This document shows, one piece after another, positions 1 to 12,902 of a stretch of 64,000 nt of DNA. Source of the DNA: Octopus sinensis (Eukaryota); the NCBI RefSeq assembly GCF_006345805.1, contig NC_043014.1:51460001-51524000 (forward strand). Reading direction: 5' to 3'. How positions within the stretch are numbered: the stretch's first letter is position 1; every line of letters starts with the position of its first letter. The position numbers were made by a program, and so were the translations under genes. The notes below the pieces were generated by a model. It searched no databases, was not told the origin of the DNA, and was given only the letters and a program-made list of their open reading frames with translations.

Positions 1-282
1 CGATAAATATGATAAATATATTTTAAGCACGACGCGAGAGTATTTCAGTGCAAAGTCTATCAAAGAATCTTGAGTCATAAAATAACAAAGTAATATCGAA
101 TAGAAGGAATGACAACATAAATCAACAGAGAAATAGGTGTAGAAATAGTTTTTATTTTCGTCGGTTTAATTATATCTCTTTAGACACACAGACAGACAGA
201 CAGACACACGCTTGCACACGCACGCGCGCGGTATGGAGCCGCATCAAACTGTGTAAAATATCTATCTCCTAGAAAATATATT

Positions 283-478
283 TATTTATTTGTTGCCCAC
301 AGGGGGCTAAACATAGAAGGGGACAAACAAGGGCAGACGAAGGGATTAAGTCGATAACATCGATCCCAGTGCGTAACTGGTACTTAGTTAATCGACCCCG
401 AAAGGATGAATGACAAAGTCGACCTCGGCGGACAGAACGTAACTGCAGACGAATTATTGCTAAACATTTCGCCGCCTT
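283..478 (-). mobile_element. SINE family S2 (tRNA-derived head), internally deleted copy
   Basis: Reverse complement of the S2 copy at 1375-1610 (cgaccccgaaaggatgaatgacaaagtcgacctcggcgg ... gccgcctt). Confidence 0.8.
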
Positions 479-1304
479 TTCTACTAAATATATGAAGCGC
501 CATTTTTTTCCGTTTGTTCAATCATTCGTGTGTGTGTATAAATATATATATATATATATATATTCAGTGGGACTGAACTCGGAATCGTGTGGTTGGGAAG
601 CAAGCTTCAGACCACATAGTCACTCGTGTGTGTATAGATATATGCAAATACAGACACATACACAGTCGGCTTCAGCACTGTTTCCGCCGACCACATTCAC
701 TCACAAGACATTCGTCGGCCAAGAAATATAGTAGCACACAACTTCCGAAATCACCCCCCGGTTGGCCGAAACCCGAAACCTACATGGTTACAAAGCAAGA
801 TCCTTAACCACACACTGACGCCTACGTCTCTGATATAAATTTAAATTTTGCAATATGTCACTTTTCCAATTACAAATTTCTATTATAACATGGATGCCGC
901 AGACGCTTACGTTACTCTCATACGTCAGCAACGTAAATCTAAACATTTGGGTCCTCAATCATTCATTATATAATCGATTTTAACCATGCACCGCCAGTGA
1001 GCGAGCAAAATTAACGATTTTTATAGCATGTATTCGATATGCGAGCGGTGTTTCATGGCCGCGAGCCATAAATTATATACATTAATCGTTAGATGTCTGG
1101 AGGTTATCACCGTCCTTGCACAGGTTCCTACTTATCTCTTGTTACATTTATTTCCTCCTATCTCTAGTATAATGCTAACCACATAATATTAACTCTCATT
1201 TTCTTTCTTGTAGTAAATGCTTTCACGCATTATACTCCAGTACAGTAGCTGTGTAGAGGATTAACTTCTCATCGGGTCAGATGAGTTATTTGAGCTAGAA
1301 GCTT

Positions 1305-1348
<44 letters not shown>

Positions 1349-1374
1349 TTGTGGTGCGCCAGTATGGCTGAAAC

Positions 1375-1610
1375 AAGGCGGCGAGCTGGCAGAAACGTTA
1401 TCACGCCGGGCGAAATGCATAGCCGTATTTCGTCTGCCGTTACGTTCTTAGTTCAAATTCCAGCGAGGTCGACTTTGCCTTTCATCCTTTCGGGGTCGAT
1501 TAAATTACGTACCAGTTACGCACTGGGGTCGATATAACCGACTTAATCCATTTGTCTGTCCTTGTTTGTCCTCTCTGTGTTTAGCCCCTTGTGGGTAGTA
1601 AAGAAATAAG
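1375..1610 (+). mobile_element. SINE family S2, full length, tail type 1
   Basis: Head aaggcggcgagctggcagaaacgtt with B-box-like (t)agttcaaattcc, central gtcgactttgcctttcatcctttcggggtcgat, tail ...gtgggtagtaaagaaata. At least 8 homologous copies in the window. Confidence 0.85.
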
Positions 1611-1646
1611 TATGGTTGAGACATAACATAATACAAGAATATATAT

Positions 1647-1952
1647 GAAGGCGTGGGGCATATTGGATAGCGTGTTTCGCTCACGGTCAAGTGGTCGTGA
1701 GTTCGATTTCAGGCGGCCCACTTTGTCTTTGAACAAGTCTCTTTATTTCACGTTACTCCAATCCACTCAGGTGGCAAAAATGAGTAGTACCTGTATTTCA
1801 AAGGGCCAGCCTTGTCACACTTTGGGTCACGCTGAATCTCCCCGAGAACTACGTTGAAGGCACGCGTGTCTGTCAGGTGCTCAGCCATTTGTACGTTAAT
1901 TTCACGAACAGATTCTTTCGTTCATCGAATCAACTGGAACACAGGTCGTCAC
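1647..1952 (+). mobile_element. SINE family S3 (tRNA head, CORE-like segment, conserved 3' tail)
   Basis: B-box gagttcgatttc, CORE-like ctttgaacaagtctcttta, and tail gtcacgctgaatctccccgagaactacg...caactggaac shared with 19263-19577, 37994-38316 and 54700-54985. Confidence 0.75.
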
Positions 1953-2290
1953 TTATATCTAAATGCATTTGCCAAACTTTGTTGTAGCTTATTAAAACCC
2001 ATGAATTACATTACATCTCTTTGTCCTACTTTTGTAACACGAATCTATTCCTGCCTGACCATAAGAAACTATTAAATTTCCGAAACGATAAACCCAAATA
2101 CAATCATGTCAGTATAGTTGCATCAATATTTTCGGCTTAAGTAAATATAAAGTACAAATTCCTCATTTGTATAAACCACATTACTATTTCCCAGTAACAA
2201 ATTGATGTTTATTAAATAACACATTTCTCTATCCAATAAATGAAAATAATAATAATAATAATTCTTATTTGTGATGTTAAAATTATATTA

Positions 2291-2316
2291 TTCTATTTGT
2301 TTTCTTTTAGGTAAGT
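2291..2316 (+). other. Recursive-splice-site-like motif (polypyrimidine-TAG|GTAAGT)
   Basis: ttctatttgttttcttttag (AG at 2309-2310) is followed directly by the consensus donor gtaagt (2311-2316). Motif only. Confidence 0.3.
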
Positions 2317-2752
2317 ACACAAATTGGTTTCCTTTGCGAAGATTCCACTCGGGAAAAGCTTCTCGAATATTCCGTTTACTAAACTGCATAATTGCCAGAT
2401 AAAGGTCTGTATATTTGTACTTGTCTTAACTAACACTCACCGTCGTCCTTCTCGTTGCTATCCTCAGCATCACGAACCTTGTCCCTTGGGTATTTGTGTC
2501 TCGGGGCTCAGGACTCGTAATGACGATCACCCAGCTTTCCACGACGTGTAACTAAGATCACAACATTTCCACTAAACATGGTGTCATACAATCGTAGGTT
2601 TCTTCGTTAACCACTTACTGGACAGGAACTGCGTGAAACAAAGTGTTTTACTCGGGAACTGGACCAATAGGTCATAGAATCGAAACCACCACATTGCAAT
2701 ATCATAACCTATTCTCTAGCATCTTCACTAGAAAGTAACACTCTTGCCGGAT

Positions 2753-2995
2753 CGTTAAGTTACAGGGAAGCAAACGCGCCAATCCTAGTTGTCAAGTAGT
2801 GGTAGGGGGCAAAAACACAGACGCATACATACACACACACATACGCAAAAAACACATGCCAAATCCACTCACAAGGCTTTAGTCGGCCCGAGGCTTATAG
2901 CAGAGGACATTTGCCCAAGCTCCCACGCCGTGGGACTGAATCTGGTACCATGTGGTTGGGACACAAGCTTCTCATGACACAGCTATAACTGCACC
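2753..2995 (-). mobile_element. SINE family S1, decayed 5' half
   Basis: aaatccactcacaaggc...ttgcccaag...gtgggactgaa...catgtggttgg matches the reverse complement of 17564-17980. Confidence 0.75.
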
Positions 2996-3966
2996 CCCCC
3001 ACTGCTATATTCAGCCTGCATTTTTTGGCAATATTCTCTTCAGATAAATACATTCATCGCTGGGCATTACCAAATTGCTCTCGTAATCAATTCGATATTA
3101 CGCGTGAAGCGTGAAAATGTCAATTTGTGTTTCCATGTATACATCAAACCTTCTACATGTCTAATCTGATACTTGCTTGGACACAGATATACTTATCTAC
3201 GTATACATGCACATGTCCGTACACATACATCCACTTATGTATATAATCAGTCTCACCCATGCCCCATCCCGGCACCTATCTCGGAGCTGGACTCATTCTG
3301 TCAATTATTTACTTTGTGGCTTTGTTGTGTGCATGCAAAAAAAAAAGAATCATCGATACTCTTTCTACGATCATTGTACTAAATCCAAACAAACGTATAC
3401 CATTAGATTCTAACTTGTTCTGCTTCGGTAATAAAGTTTGGTTTGCGTTATATATGAAATCTATTGTGTTAACTCTAGCTTATTACCTGTCATAATGATG
3501 TGTATCATTGGATGTATAGCTTTACTTTCATGGATAATACCATGGGTAAATATGGCATGCATACGATAGTTATAATATGCTTTTTATAAAATCTCGTGCT
3601 CGTTATGTAAAATCATGCAATAAATTACGGATATGTACTTGCATAGCCAGGAATTTTGTCGTTGGACAGGTCGCGGCCTCAAAGCGACGAAAATAATTTG
3701 AAAAATTTAAATGTCCAGGTGAATCGAACGGTTTTTGTAGGTTTTTAAATGGGTTATAAACAATTTTTCCCGCTTCAGTTGTTGTTACAATAAATATTGA
3801 TTTTAAAAACGTAATACGGTTTTCGAACAACTCTGGTTACGAATAAATCGTACTTTGTCTCCTGTCTTTCTCATATTCATTTAATACATTTGTGCCTCGG
3901 TTTACGGATGCTTCTGACCACGAATAAATCGTGCTTTATATACATCTGTTATCTATGTGAATGTAC

Positions 3967-4004
<38 letters not shown>

Positions 4005-4109
4005 CGATTTATTCGCTATCATATTTGTTCGAAAACCAAGGTACTACTGTATAGTTTTATTGCATTAAAAATAATTTCAAGTTTAGAATCATGAAATAGG
4101 AATAGCTCA

Positions 4110-4371
4110 GGTCTATATTTGAGAGATGACGACTTTTACATTTGACCGACATTTGTCCTCTTCTTGTTTGTTAACACGACGTTTTGGCTGATATACCCTC
4201 CAGCCTTCATTAGGTGTCATGGGGAAATTTCGAACCTGGGTTCTCATTCATAAGGTATTTTGCCATGTTATTATTATCATTATTATTCAGGTACCCGCTC
4301 GGAATCGAACTCGGAATCCTGGGGTTAGCAACCTGCGCTCTTAACCACTACGTTATATGACCGTGGGCATA
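4110..4371 (-). mobile_element. tRNA-promoter-headed short element carrying a hammerhead-like fold
   Basis: On the minus strand: A-box-like TAACGTAGTGG and B-box GAGTTCGATTCC (4291-4362), then an (AAT)n linker, then the hammerhead-like motif at 4172-4219. Confidence 0.65.
4172..4219 (-). ncRNA. Type I hammerhead-ribozyme-like motif (degenerate copy)
   Basis: UGACAC-CUAAUGA-A-GGCUG-GAGGGUAUAU-CAGCC-AAAAC-GUC-GUGUUA. Stem I is 6 bp (one G-U) and stem II is 5 bp. G5 and G12 are both changed to A. Confidence 0.6.
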
Positions 4372-5123
4372 CGAATAGAGAAAGAGCTCTATAATAAAAA
4401 TTCTAAGATATAACATATTTAAAATTTCCCTGATTTTGAAAAACCAGAAAGCGGGGTTTGAACTTATGAGATTATGAACACTTCTTAATTACTGTCAATT
4501 TCTCTTTCTCTGTCTTTCTATGATTCTTTATCTTTCACTGACTAAGTATATCGCATTTACTCATTGCCTGCGACCAAGCATCTTATACGCTCTCATCCAA
4601 CACAAGTTATCTCTCACTCCCCTGTCTCTATAAAGTGTAAAATCAGTCCCATTTGTACTTTAACCCGGCCCCAAATACCTCGTCGATGCTCCGTAAATAT
4701 CTCAACACATTTGGGAAATAATGAGTTGATAAATTTTACAATATCTCTGTTAAAAAGCATGTCAGTAAACTTTGATCGCATTAGTACTAAATAAATAAAT
4801 AAATAAATGAATAGATAAATAAATATGTAAATATATAGATATGTAAAGAGCGCAAGCAAATATTAAGAACAAATACTAAAAGAAAAGAATGGCAATACAT
4901 ACGCAACAGGTGACCATAATGTCACATTATTTCTGCATCTATTCCTTTCATATTGAAATGCGCCATATTTTATCTGTGTAGACGGCGAGGTTAATGTAAA
5001 TTAGGTTTTCAACCGACGGCCATTATGTTGATGAAATACATGTATTGAAATAAAACTTGATATATATATATAAAATAACTGTAATCACAATATTTATAAG
5101 AATTAACTCATCGAACGTACAGA

Positions 5124-5169
<46 letters not shown>

Positions 5170-5297
5170 AAAGCACACACATATATATATACACACAAAA
5201 CGTCTGAGTGAATATTTATATAAGTAGTTTAATAGGAGTGTGTGTATGTGAGTGGAGTATACATGAACATATGCACTCTTGCATAAAGCAACATTTG

Positions 5298-5368
<71 letters not shown>

Positions 5369-6255
5369 CACAACACACACACACCACACACACACACCAC
5401 ACCCCCACACACAACACACACAACCACATATATATATATATATAATATTATATATATATATATAATACAAAGAAAAAACATTGTGTGTGCACGCGTGTGT
5501 ACATATACACACATATATTTACATACATTATGCTTATACAAGCGCATACTCACGTATGCACACGCATACTTACACACACACAAGCACACACACATATATA
5601 TATGTTTATAAACATGTGCTTCTATACACACACACACGTGTGCGTCTGTGTGTGTGTGTGTCAGAGAGAGAGAGGGAGATAGTAGATCAGTGTAGGTGTG
5701 AACATGTATTCGCATAATGTCATTTTGATTCAATTCACATTGATATTTTTGTTATTTTTAAAATGTTCCACCGCTGCAGACATCTTGTCGCTCAAAATTT
5801 ATCTAATGTAATGGGTAGTGTTTCCATTTGTGTGTTCATTCATAATTATTTATCCTGCTGTGCATGCAATTTCTGTATAGTGTGGCCTACATTCGTAGCC
5901 AGTCTCAAACAATATGAACGTATCTTAACAATTTTTACTTCACCTAATTAACTGTATTTAACTTTCGATATGCCATCTTCCCTGCTTCATTCATTAAACA
6001 TCTATACATCGCAAACATACAAAAACACATCAAACCACACACACAGCAGCTTATATATTTATGATATAATATGTAAAGACGCTATACAGGTGTGTGCTCA
6101 TATCTATGTGTGCGTGTATTTCTTTCAATAATTATAATAAAGATAGATTCTTCTATAAAATACCGCAAGTCAGAAAAAAAATTGTCACTTCTATGCTTGT
6201 AAATAGAGTAGTTTGATAATTAAGTTACGCAGTATTATGTTTTGATTAATACACT

Positions 6256-6290
<35 letters not shown>

Positions 6291-6843
6291 GCAGAAATAT
6301 ATCACTGCATATCTGTTTTTGCGAGACTGTCTTATGTGTATATATCTCTACGTTAGTGCGTATGCACGTATTCATATAGTTGCATGCGTGTGTGCGTAGA
6401 ATTGTTTCTGCTTACACACACATACAGAAATATATATATACGCTACTTATCAATACCCATTAACATCAAGTTAATTCTATTACCTCTGTACAACGCCAAA
6501 TGATTTTTTGGAATATCCAGACACTCTTCTTGTTCTACGTACACCAATATAGAAATAATACTCAACACTGAATTTGTGAAGAAATATTATTTAAAAAGCC
6601 TACGAATGGTTTCCTGTGAATGGGAAATTCTCATAGGTCGTCAGAGCAATTCCTCATCGAGTAAAACCATCGGTTGATTTGTTAAGCCACAAGTACAAAG
6701 ACACACACACACACACACACACACTCACACATACACACGCCTATATCTTTTATGGTCACTTGACTGCGGCCGTGCTGGGGCACGGCCTTGAAGGGTTTTA
6801 GTCGAACAAATTGATTTAAAGCCTGGTAACTTATTCTATCCAT

Positions 6844-7076
6844 CTCTCTTTTACTCTTTTACTTGTTTCAGTCATTTGACTGCGGCCATGCTGGAGCACC
6901 GCCTTTAGTCGAGCAAATCGACCCAGGGACTTATTCTTTGTAAGCCCAGTACTTTGTCTATCGGTCTCTTTTGCCGAACCGCTAAGTTACAGGGACGTAA
7001 ACACACCAGCATCGGTTGTCAAGCAATGCTAGGGGGAAAAACACAGACACACAAACACACACACACACACATACAA

Positions 7077-7109
<33 letters not shown>

Positions 7110-7266
7110 CGACGGGCTTCTTTCTGTTTCCGTCTACCAAATCCACTCACAAGGCATTGGTCGGCCCGAGGCTATTACAGAAGACACTTGCCCAAGATGC
7201 CACGCAGTGGGATTGAACCCGGAACCATGTGGTTGGTTAGCAAGCTACTTACCACACAGCCACTCT
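6844..7266 (-). mobile_element. SINE family S1 (tRNA head, CORE-like ttgggcaagtgtctt, internal microsatellite), full length
   Basis: Near-identical reverse complement of 17564-17980, with internal (AC)n(AT)n and a (GAGTAAAA)n-like tail. Confidence 0.9.
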
Positions 7267-8137
7267 CTGTTGCCAAATCACTAAAGTTACTAAGACGTAA
7301 ACGCACTAAGAACGGTTATCGAATGATGGTGGTGGGGCAAACAGATTTAAGCGAGAATGCTTCTGCAATATTGTAATTTCTTCTGTGTAAATTGACTCCT
7401 CTATTTCATACACCATTTCCCATTTTCTTTTTATCAATGTTTGCAAAACGGTGGGACGAAGAAGCACATGCTGTTTCAGTGATAGTAGCCGGCTCATCAG
7501 AAATCTTCAAATTTTCCAAGTGTACAGAGAGATACATCGAACGTTTGAGAGAATATGATAGCTGGCGCCCTATCCAACCTATTTTCCTGGAATTACATTA
7601 ATGAAGACAAATAATTAAACGAAAATTATGAGTTCCTTAAGTTAATCTTCTTAAAACTTAATCCGATTGTATGATTGTATTTGAAGGCAATTCATCTTGA
7701 ACAAGGAGGGTCTAATGTAAAATATATAACTTGCTGATCAATGCAGCTGTCTTGGTTCGCTGAGTAACTTTGGTCAGACCTTCAGGTGAAAAGAGTGGGA
7801 TTGGCTAACGTGGACTGGCTCAAAATTGGAAGCAATTAAGGGAGAGGCACAGAAAAGGGCCCTGCACTGCAAGGAACGGTTTACATAGACACAGGAGGGT
7901 ACGTTGCACATTTTAATGATTTGGTGGAGATAAAGTAACGGCCAATTTCTCTCGAGACAGTCATTGCTGCCTATTATCTTCTCATGTCAGAATTCACAAG
8001 AACAAGTTAAAGATAATTCAGATAACTTTATTTCATTCAACGCTGCTTAAAGTGCATTATATTCAAACACATACTTAAACACACACAGACACACACGCGC
8101 ACACACACACACGCACACACACACACATATGTGTATG

Positions 8138-8178
<41 letters not shown>

Positions 8179-8186
8179 GTGTATGT

Positions 8187-8405
8187 ACAACTTAAAAACA
8201 AGGGCAAAAGAAACTTATTCCCATGCCAATATGCTGATAACAGTTTTTTAAATCGTCAATTGCCACATAATATTATATACCCACTACAGAAATACGTTGT
8301 TTCTGTAGTGGGTATATAATAATGTGTGGAAATTGAAGATTTAAATGTCTGTTATCAGCATATTGGCAGGGAAATAATTTCCTTTTACCCTTGTTTAAAA
8401 GTTGT
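8187..8405. repeat. Foldback / MITE-like long inverted repeat
   Basis: 106-bp arms (8187-8292 and 8300-8405), 14 mismatches, no indels, 7-nt loop tacgttg, innermost 22 bp perfectly paired. Confidence 0.9.
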
Positions 8406-8496
8406 TTATAATTTTAACCATTAAAGGTATTTTAATATGCCGCCACTTGTTTGATAACATTTTTCTGTAAAAAACACTTCATCCTATATTAGTAGT

Positions 8497-8533
8497 AAAT
8501 GTGTATGTATATATACATACACATTTATATATA

Positions 8534-8571
<38 letters not shown>

Positions 8572-8784
8572 AATGGTGTATGTATATATATATATATATT
8601 ATATATATAAATGTGTATGTATATATAATATATATATATATATATAAATGTGTATGTGTATATATATATATATATATATAAATGTGTATGTATATATATA
8701 TATATATATATAATGTGTATGTATATATATATAAATGTGTATGTGTTGTATATATATATATATATATATATAAATGTGTATGTG

Positions 8785-8828
<44 letters not shown>

Positions 8829-8831
8829 GTG

Positions 8832-8868
<37 letters not shown>

Positions 8869-9236
8869 GTGTATGTATATTATATTATATATATATCTAT
8901 ATATATAAATGTGTATGTATATATATATATATATATAAATGTGTATGTATATATATATATATTAAATGTGTATATATATATATATATAATATAAATGTGT
9001 ATGTATATATATATAATATATATAAATGTGTAGTATATATAATATATATATAAAATGTTGTTATGTATATATATATATATATATATATATAAATGTGTAT
9101 GTATATATATTATAATATATATATAAATGTGTAGGTATATATAATAATATATTATATATATAAATGTGTATGTATATATATATATATATATATAAATGTG
9201 TATGTATATATATATATATCTATATATAAATGTGTA

Positions 9237-9271
<35 letters not shown>

Positions 9272-9721
9272 GTGTATGTATATATATATCTATATATATA
9301 AATGGTATGTATATCTATATATATATATATAAATGTGTATGTATATATATATATTATATATATAAATGTGTATGTATATATATATATATATATATAAATG
9401 GTGTATGTTATATAATATATATATATATAAATGTGTATGTATATATATATATATATATATATAAATGTGTATGTATAGATATATAATATATATAAATGTG
9501 TATATATATATATATATATATAAATGTGTATGTATATATAATATATATATATATATAAATGTGTATGTATATATATATATATGTATATATATATGTGTAT
9601 GTATATATATATATATGTATATATATATGTGTATGTATATATATATATATATATTGTGTATGTATATTATATATATATATGTATATATATATGTGTATGT
9701 ATATATATATATATATGTATG

Positions 9722-9756
<35 letters not shown>

Positions 9757-9851
9757 GTGTATGTATATATATATATATATGTATGTATATATATATATAT
9801 ATATATGTGTATGTATATAATATATATATATTATATATATATATAAATGTG

Positions 9852-9882
<31 letters not shown>

Positions 9883-9885
9883 CAA

Positions 9886-9919
<34 letters not shown>

Positions 9920-9960
9920 AATGTGGTTATATAATATATATATATATATATATAAATGTG

Positions 9961-9995
<35 letters not shown>

Positions 9996-10335
9996 GTGTA
10001 TGTATATATATTATCTATATATAATATATATATAAATGTGTATGTATATATACATATATATATAAATGTGTATGTATATATATATATAAATGTGTGTATA
10101 TATATATATATATAAATGTGTATGTATATATATATATATATATAAATGTGTATGTATATATATATATATATATATAAATGTGTATGTATAATATATATAT
10201 ATATAAATGTGTATGTATATATATATATATATATAAATGTGTATGTATATATATATATATATATAAATGTGTATGTATATATATATATATATATAAATGT
10301 GTATGTATAATATATATATATAAATGAATGTGTAT
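8497..10335. repeat. Compound satellite: AAATGTGTATGT + (AT)n units
   Basis: Roughly 55-60 units (estimate) of about 28-34 bp. An inner block (~9570-9830) has a variant unit lacking AAA. Confidence 0.95.
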
Positions 10336-10436
10336 GTATGTATGTGTATATATGTATGTATGTGTGTGTAATATATATATAGTGGATGTATATAATATAT
10401 AATGAATGTGTGTATGTGTGTATATATGTATGTATG

Positions 10437-10521
<85 letters not shown>

Positions 10522-10839
10522 AGTCACGCACGTGTGAACCATGCCGGATTTTCTGAGCACTACATAGACACCGGAAACAGGTGGCAACATTTCCAAGCCA
10601 TCAAGTTCAGAGGTGAGTGTGCGTGTGCTTGTATATAGATATATGCATGCATGTACGTATACACATATACACACATATACGCACAACACACTTTAAGCTA
10701 TCAGAACTTTTATGCTTCCAATGTCTAAAAGTGATGGAATTGATGTATGTGGTGTTTCTTTACGCTTTTTCTTGAAATTTTTCAAGTAAATTTTTATTTC
10801 ATTTCATATTTTTACAAACACAAACGCACACACTTATAA

Positions 10840-10894
<55 letters not shown>

Positions 10895-11419
10895 TACGTA
10901 TATATATATATCACCATCGTTTTTGCCTTTTCTGATGTTTTCTATCCTCAGGGATACTGTGTACATGTTCACAGATGTGTCTCAATACTTTTTCATAGAA
11001 AGAAAATTTGACGAAAATGGAAGCTTTGAAGCATAATTGGTTTTAGAAAATAGCTATCTTTCAGCTTGGAAAAGCACAACAGGAAAGAAAAACATAAAAT
11101 AAAATGTGTAAAATTTTATATAAAAATAATGCATAAATAAATATACAAAAATTTTCCTTCAATACTTTTTATTTTTTGTAAAGTGTATAAGTGTATATGG
11201 TTCTTCGAGAGTAAGTATGTACAACATATAATGTATATTTTACCTGACATACGTATATGTGAGAATATCTAAATGTAAGCACATTTATGTCTGTACATAC
11301 ATATATATTCATCTACATGTGTACCTGTATATGAGTATATATATATATATATATATATATGTGTATGTGTAACTACATGTATGTATTTGTATGTAATATG
11401 TATGTATGTGTATATGTAG

Positions 11420-11478
<59 letters not shown>

Positions 11479-11493
11479 CGTATATGTACGTAT

Positions 11494-11534
<41 letters not shown>

Positions 11535-11537
<3 letters not shown>

Positions 11538-11752
11538 GGTATATAGATATATATAGATATATATATAGGTATAGATATATAGATATATATATATAGGTAT
11601 AGATATATATAGATATATATATAGGTATAGATATATAGATATATATATAGGTATATATATATATATATAGATATATATATAGGTTATAGATATATAGATA
11701 TATATATAGGTATATATAATCTATATAGATATATATATATGTATATATAGAT
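11535..11752. repeat. Minisatellite ATAGGTATAGAT(AT)nAGAT(AT)n
   Basis: About 7 tandem units of about 24-28 bp. Confidence 0.85.
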
Positions 11753-12624
11753 ATATGTATATATTATATATATATATAATATATATATACACATATATAT
11801 ATATATGAGTGCACCTGCGTGTCAGCTAAGAATTGCTTAAACTGTATGTGCGCGGATGTTAGTCGCATACCTGTATGCTCTTAACCCTTCCCCTCTCCGT
11901 CCACCGCCCCCACATATATACAAATATGCCGGTGTACATTCTACCGTTGCGTTTGTTTATAGACACACATACAGGGGAATGCATACTCTCAGTCTCCCCC
12001 TCTGCAAACATGTGTGTGTGTGTGTGTGTGTGTGTGCGGATGTGTTTGTATGCATGTATGTCCGATTGTCCGCTAGTGTTTCTGCGTGCAGTGCCGTGAC
12101 AATACCTTGCCTCGACTAAAATGCCGATGTACTAACTGACTGTGTTGTCTTTCACAAATTTTATCATAATTCTCTTGTTCGTTTTCATAAAAATTTTTTC
12201 GTCTCTTGTTTCCCATGCTTTGGAATCTCTTCTCTACGTAACAAACGACACCGTATTTCAAAGAAGCTTACAGAATTTCGTCTGCGTTTCGATGGATACC
12301 TAAACCAATAATTTCCGCCTCTACTCATTCTCTTTCTTTTTTTCCTTCTTCTTCATTGTCGTTCTGTTCTCCGCAGCCAAGCGCAAACTTTTCAATGAAA
12401 ACGTATTTACATGAAATATGAGCTTCTTGTATATTTGTTTCTTTATTTGCTTGTGAATATGTGTGTAAAATGCACACACACACACACCACACACACGTAT
12501 ATGGAGAGATAGATACTTATACTCACCTGTGTATATGCATATAAATATGCGATTAAATATATTCACATTTTAAAATATATATATATATATAATTCATAAA
12601 GTATGTATGCCGATATAAGTATAT

Positions 12625-12687
<63 letters not shown>

Positions 12688-12823
12688 GTCCCGGTATATA
12701 TAGATTTATGAAGTATGTATGCGTATATAATATATAACGCAAAAACAAGTTTTCACAGATGCTTATATACCTACACACAAACATTAACATATGTAGATTT
12801 TAAAAGAATTTATACCCCCCCCC

Positions 12824-12857
<34 letters not shown>

Positions 12858-12858
12858 A

Positions 12859-12902
<44 letters not shown>

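Noticed and set aside
4291-4362. Possible tRNA-Ser(GCT) gene on the minus strand
   Set aside because: The acceptor and anticodon stems pair poorly and there is no long variable arm. It is better explained as the head of a repeat.
5023-5733. Long ORFs rich in YI/CV/TH dipeptides here and at 8.5-10, 20, 40, 49, 56-57 and 62-63 kb
   Set aside because: They are translations of (AT)n, (GT)n and (AC)n microsatellites, which lack stop codons in several frames.
7455-7505. CUGAUGA...GAAAC on the minus strand
   Set aside because: No credible stem II or stem I, so probably a chance match.
8497-10335. Repeat-spacer appearance suggesting a CRISPR array
   Set aside because: The spacers are (AT)n, not unique sequence, the context is eukaryotic, and there are no cas genes.
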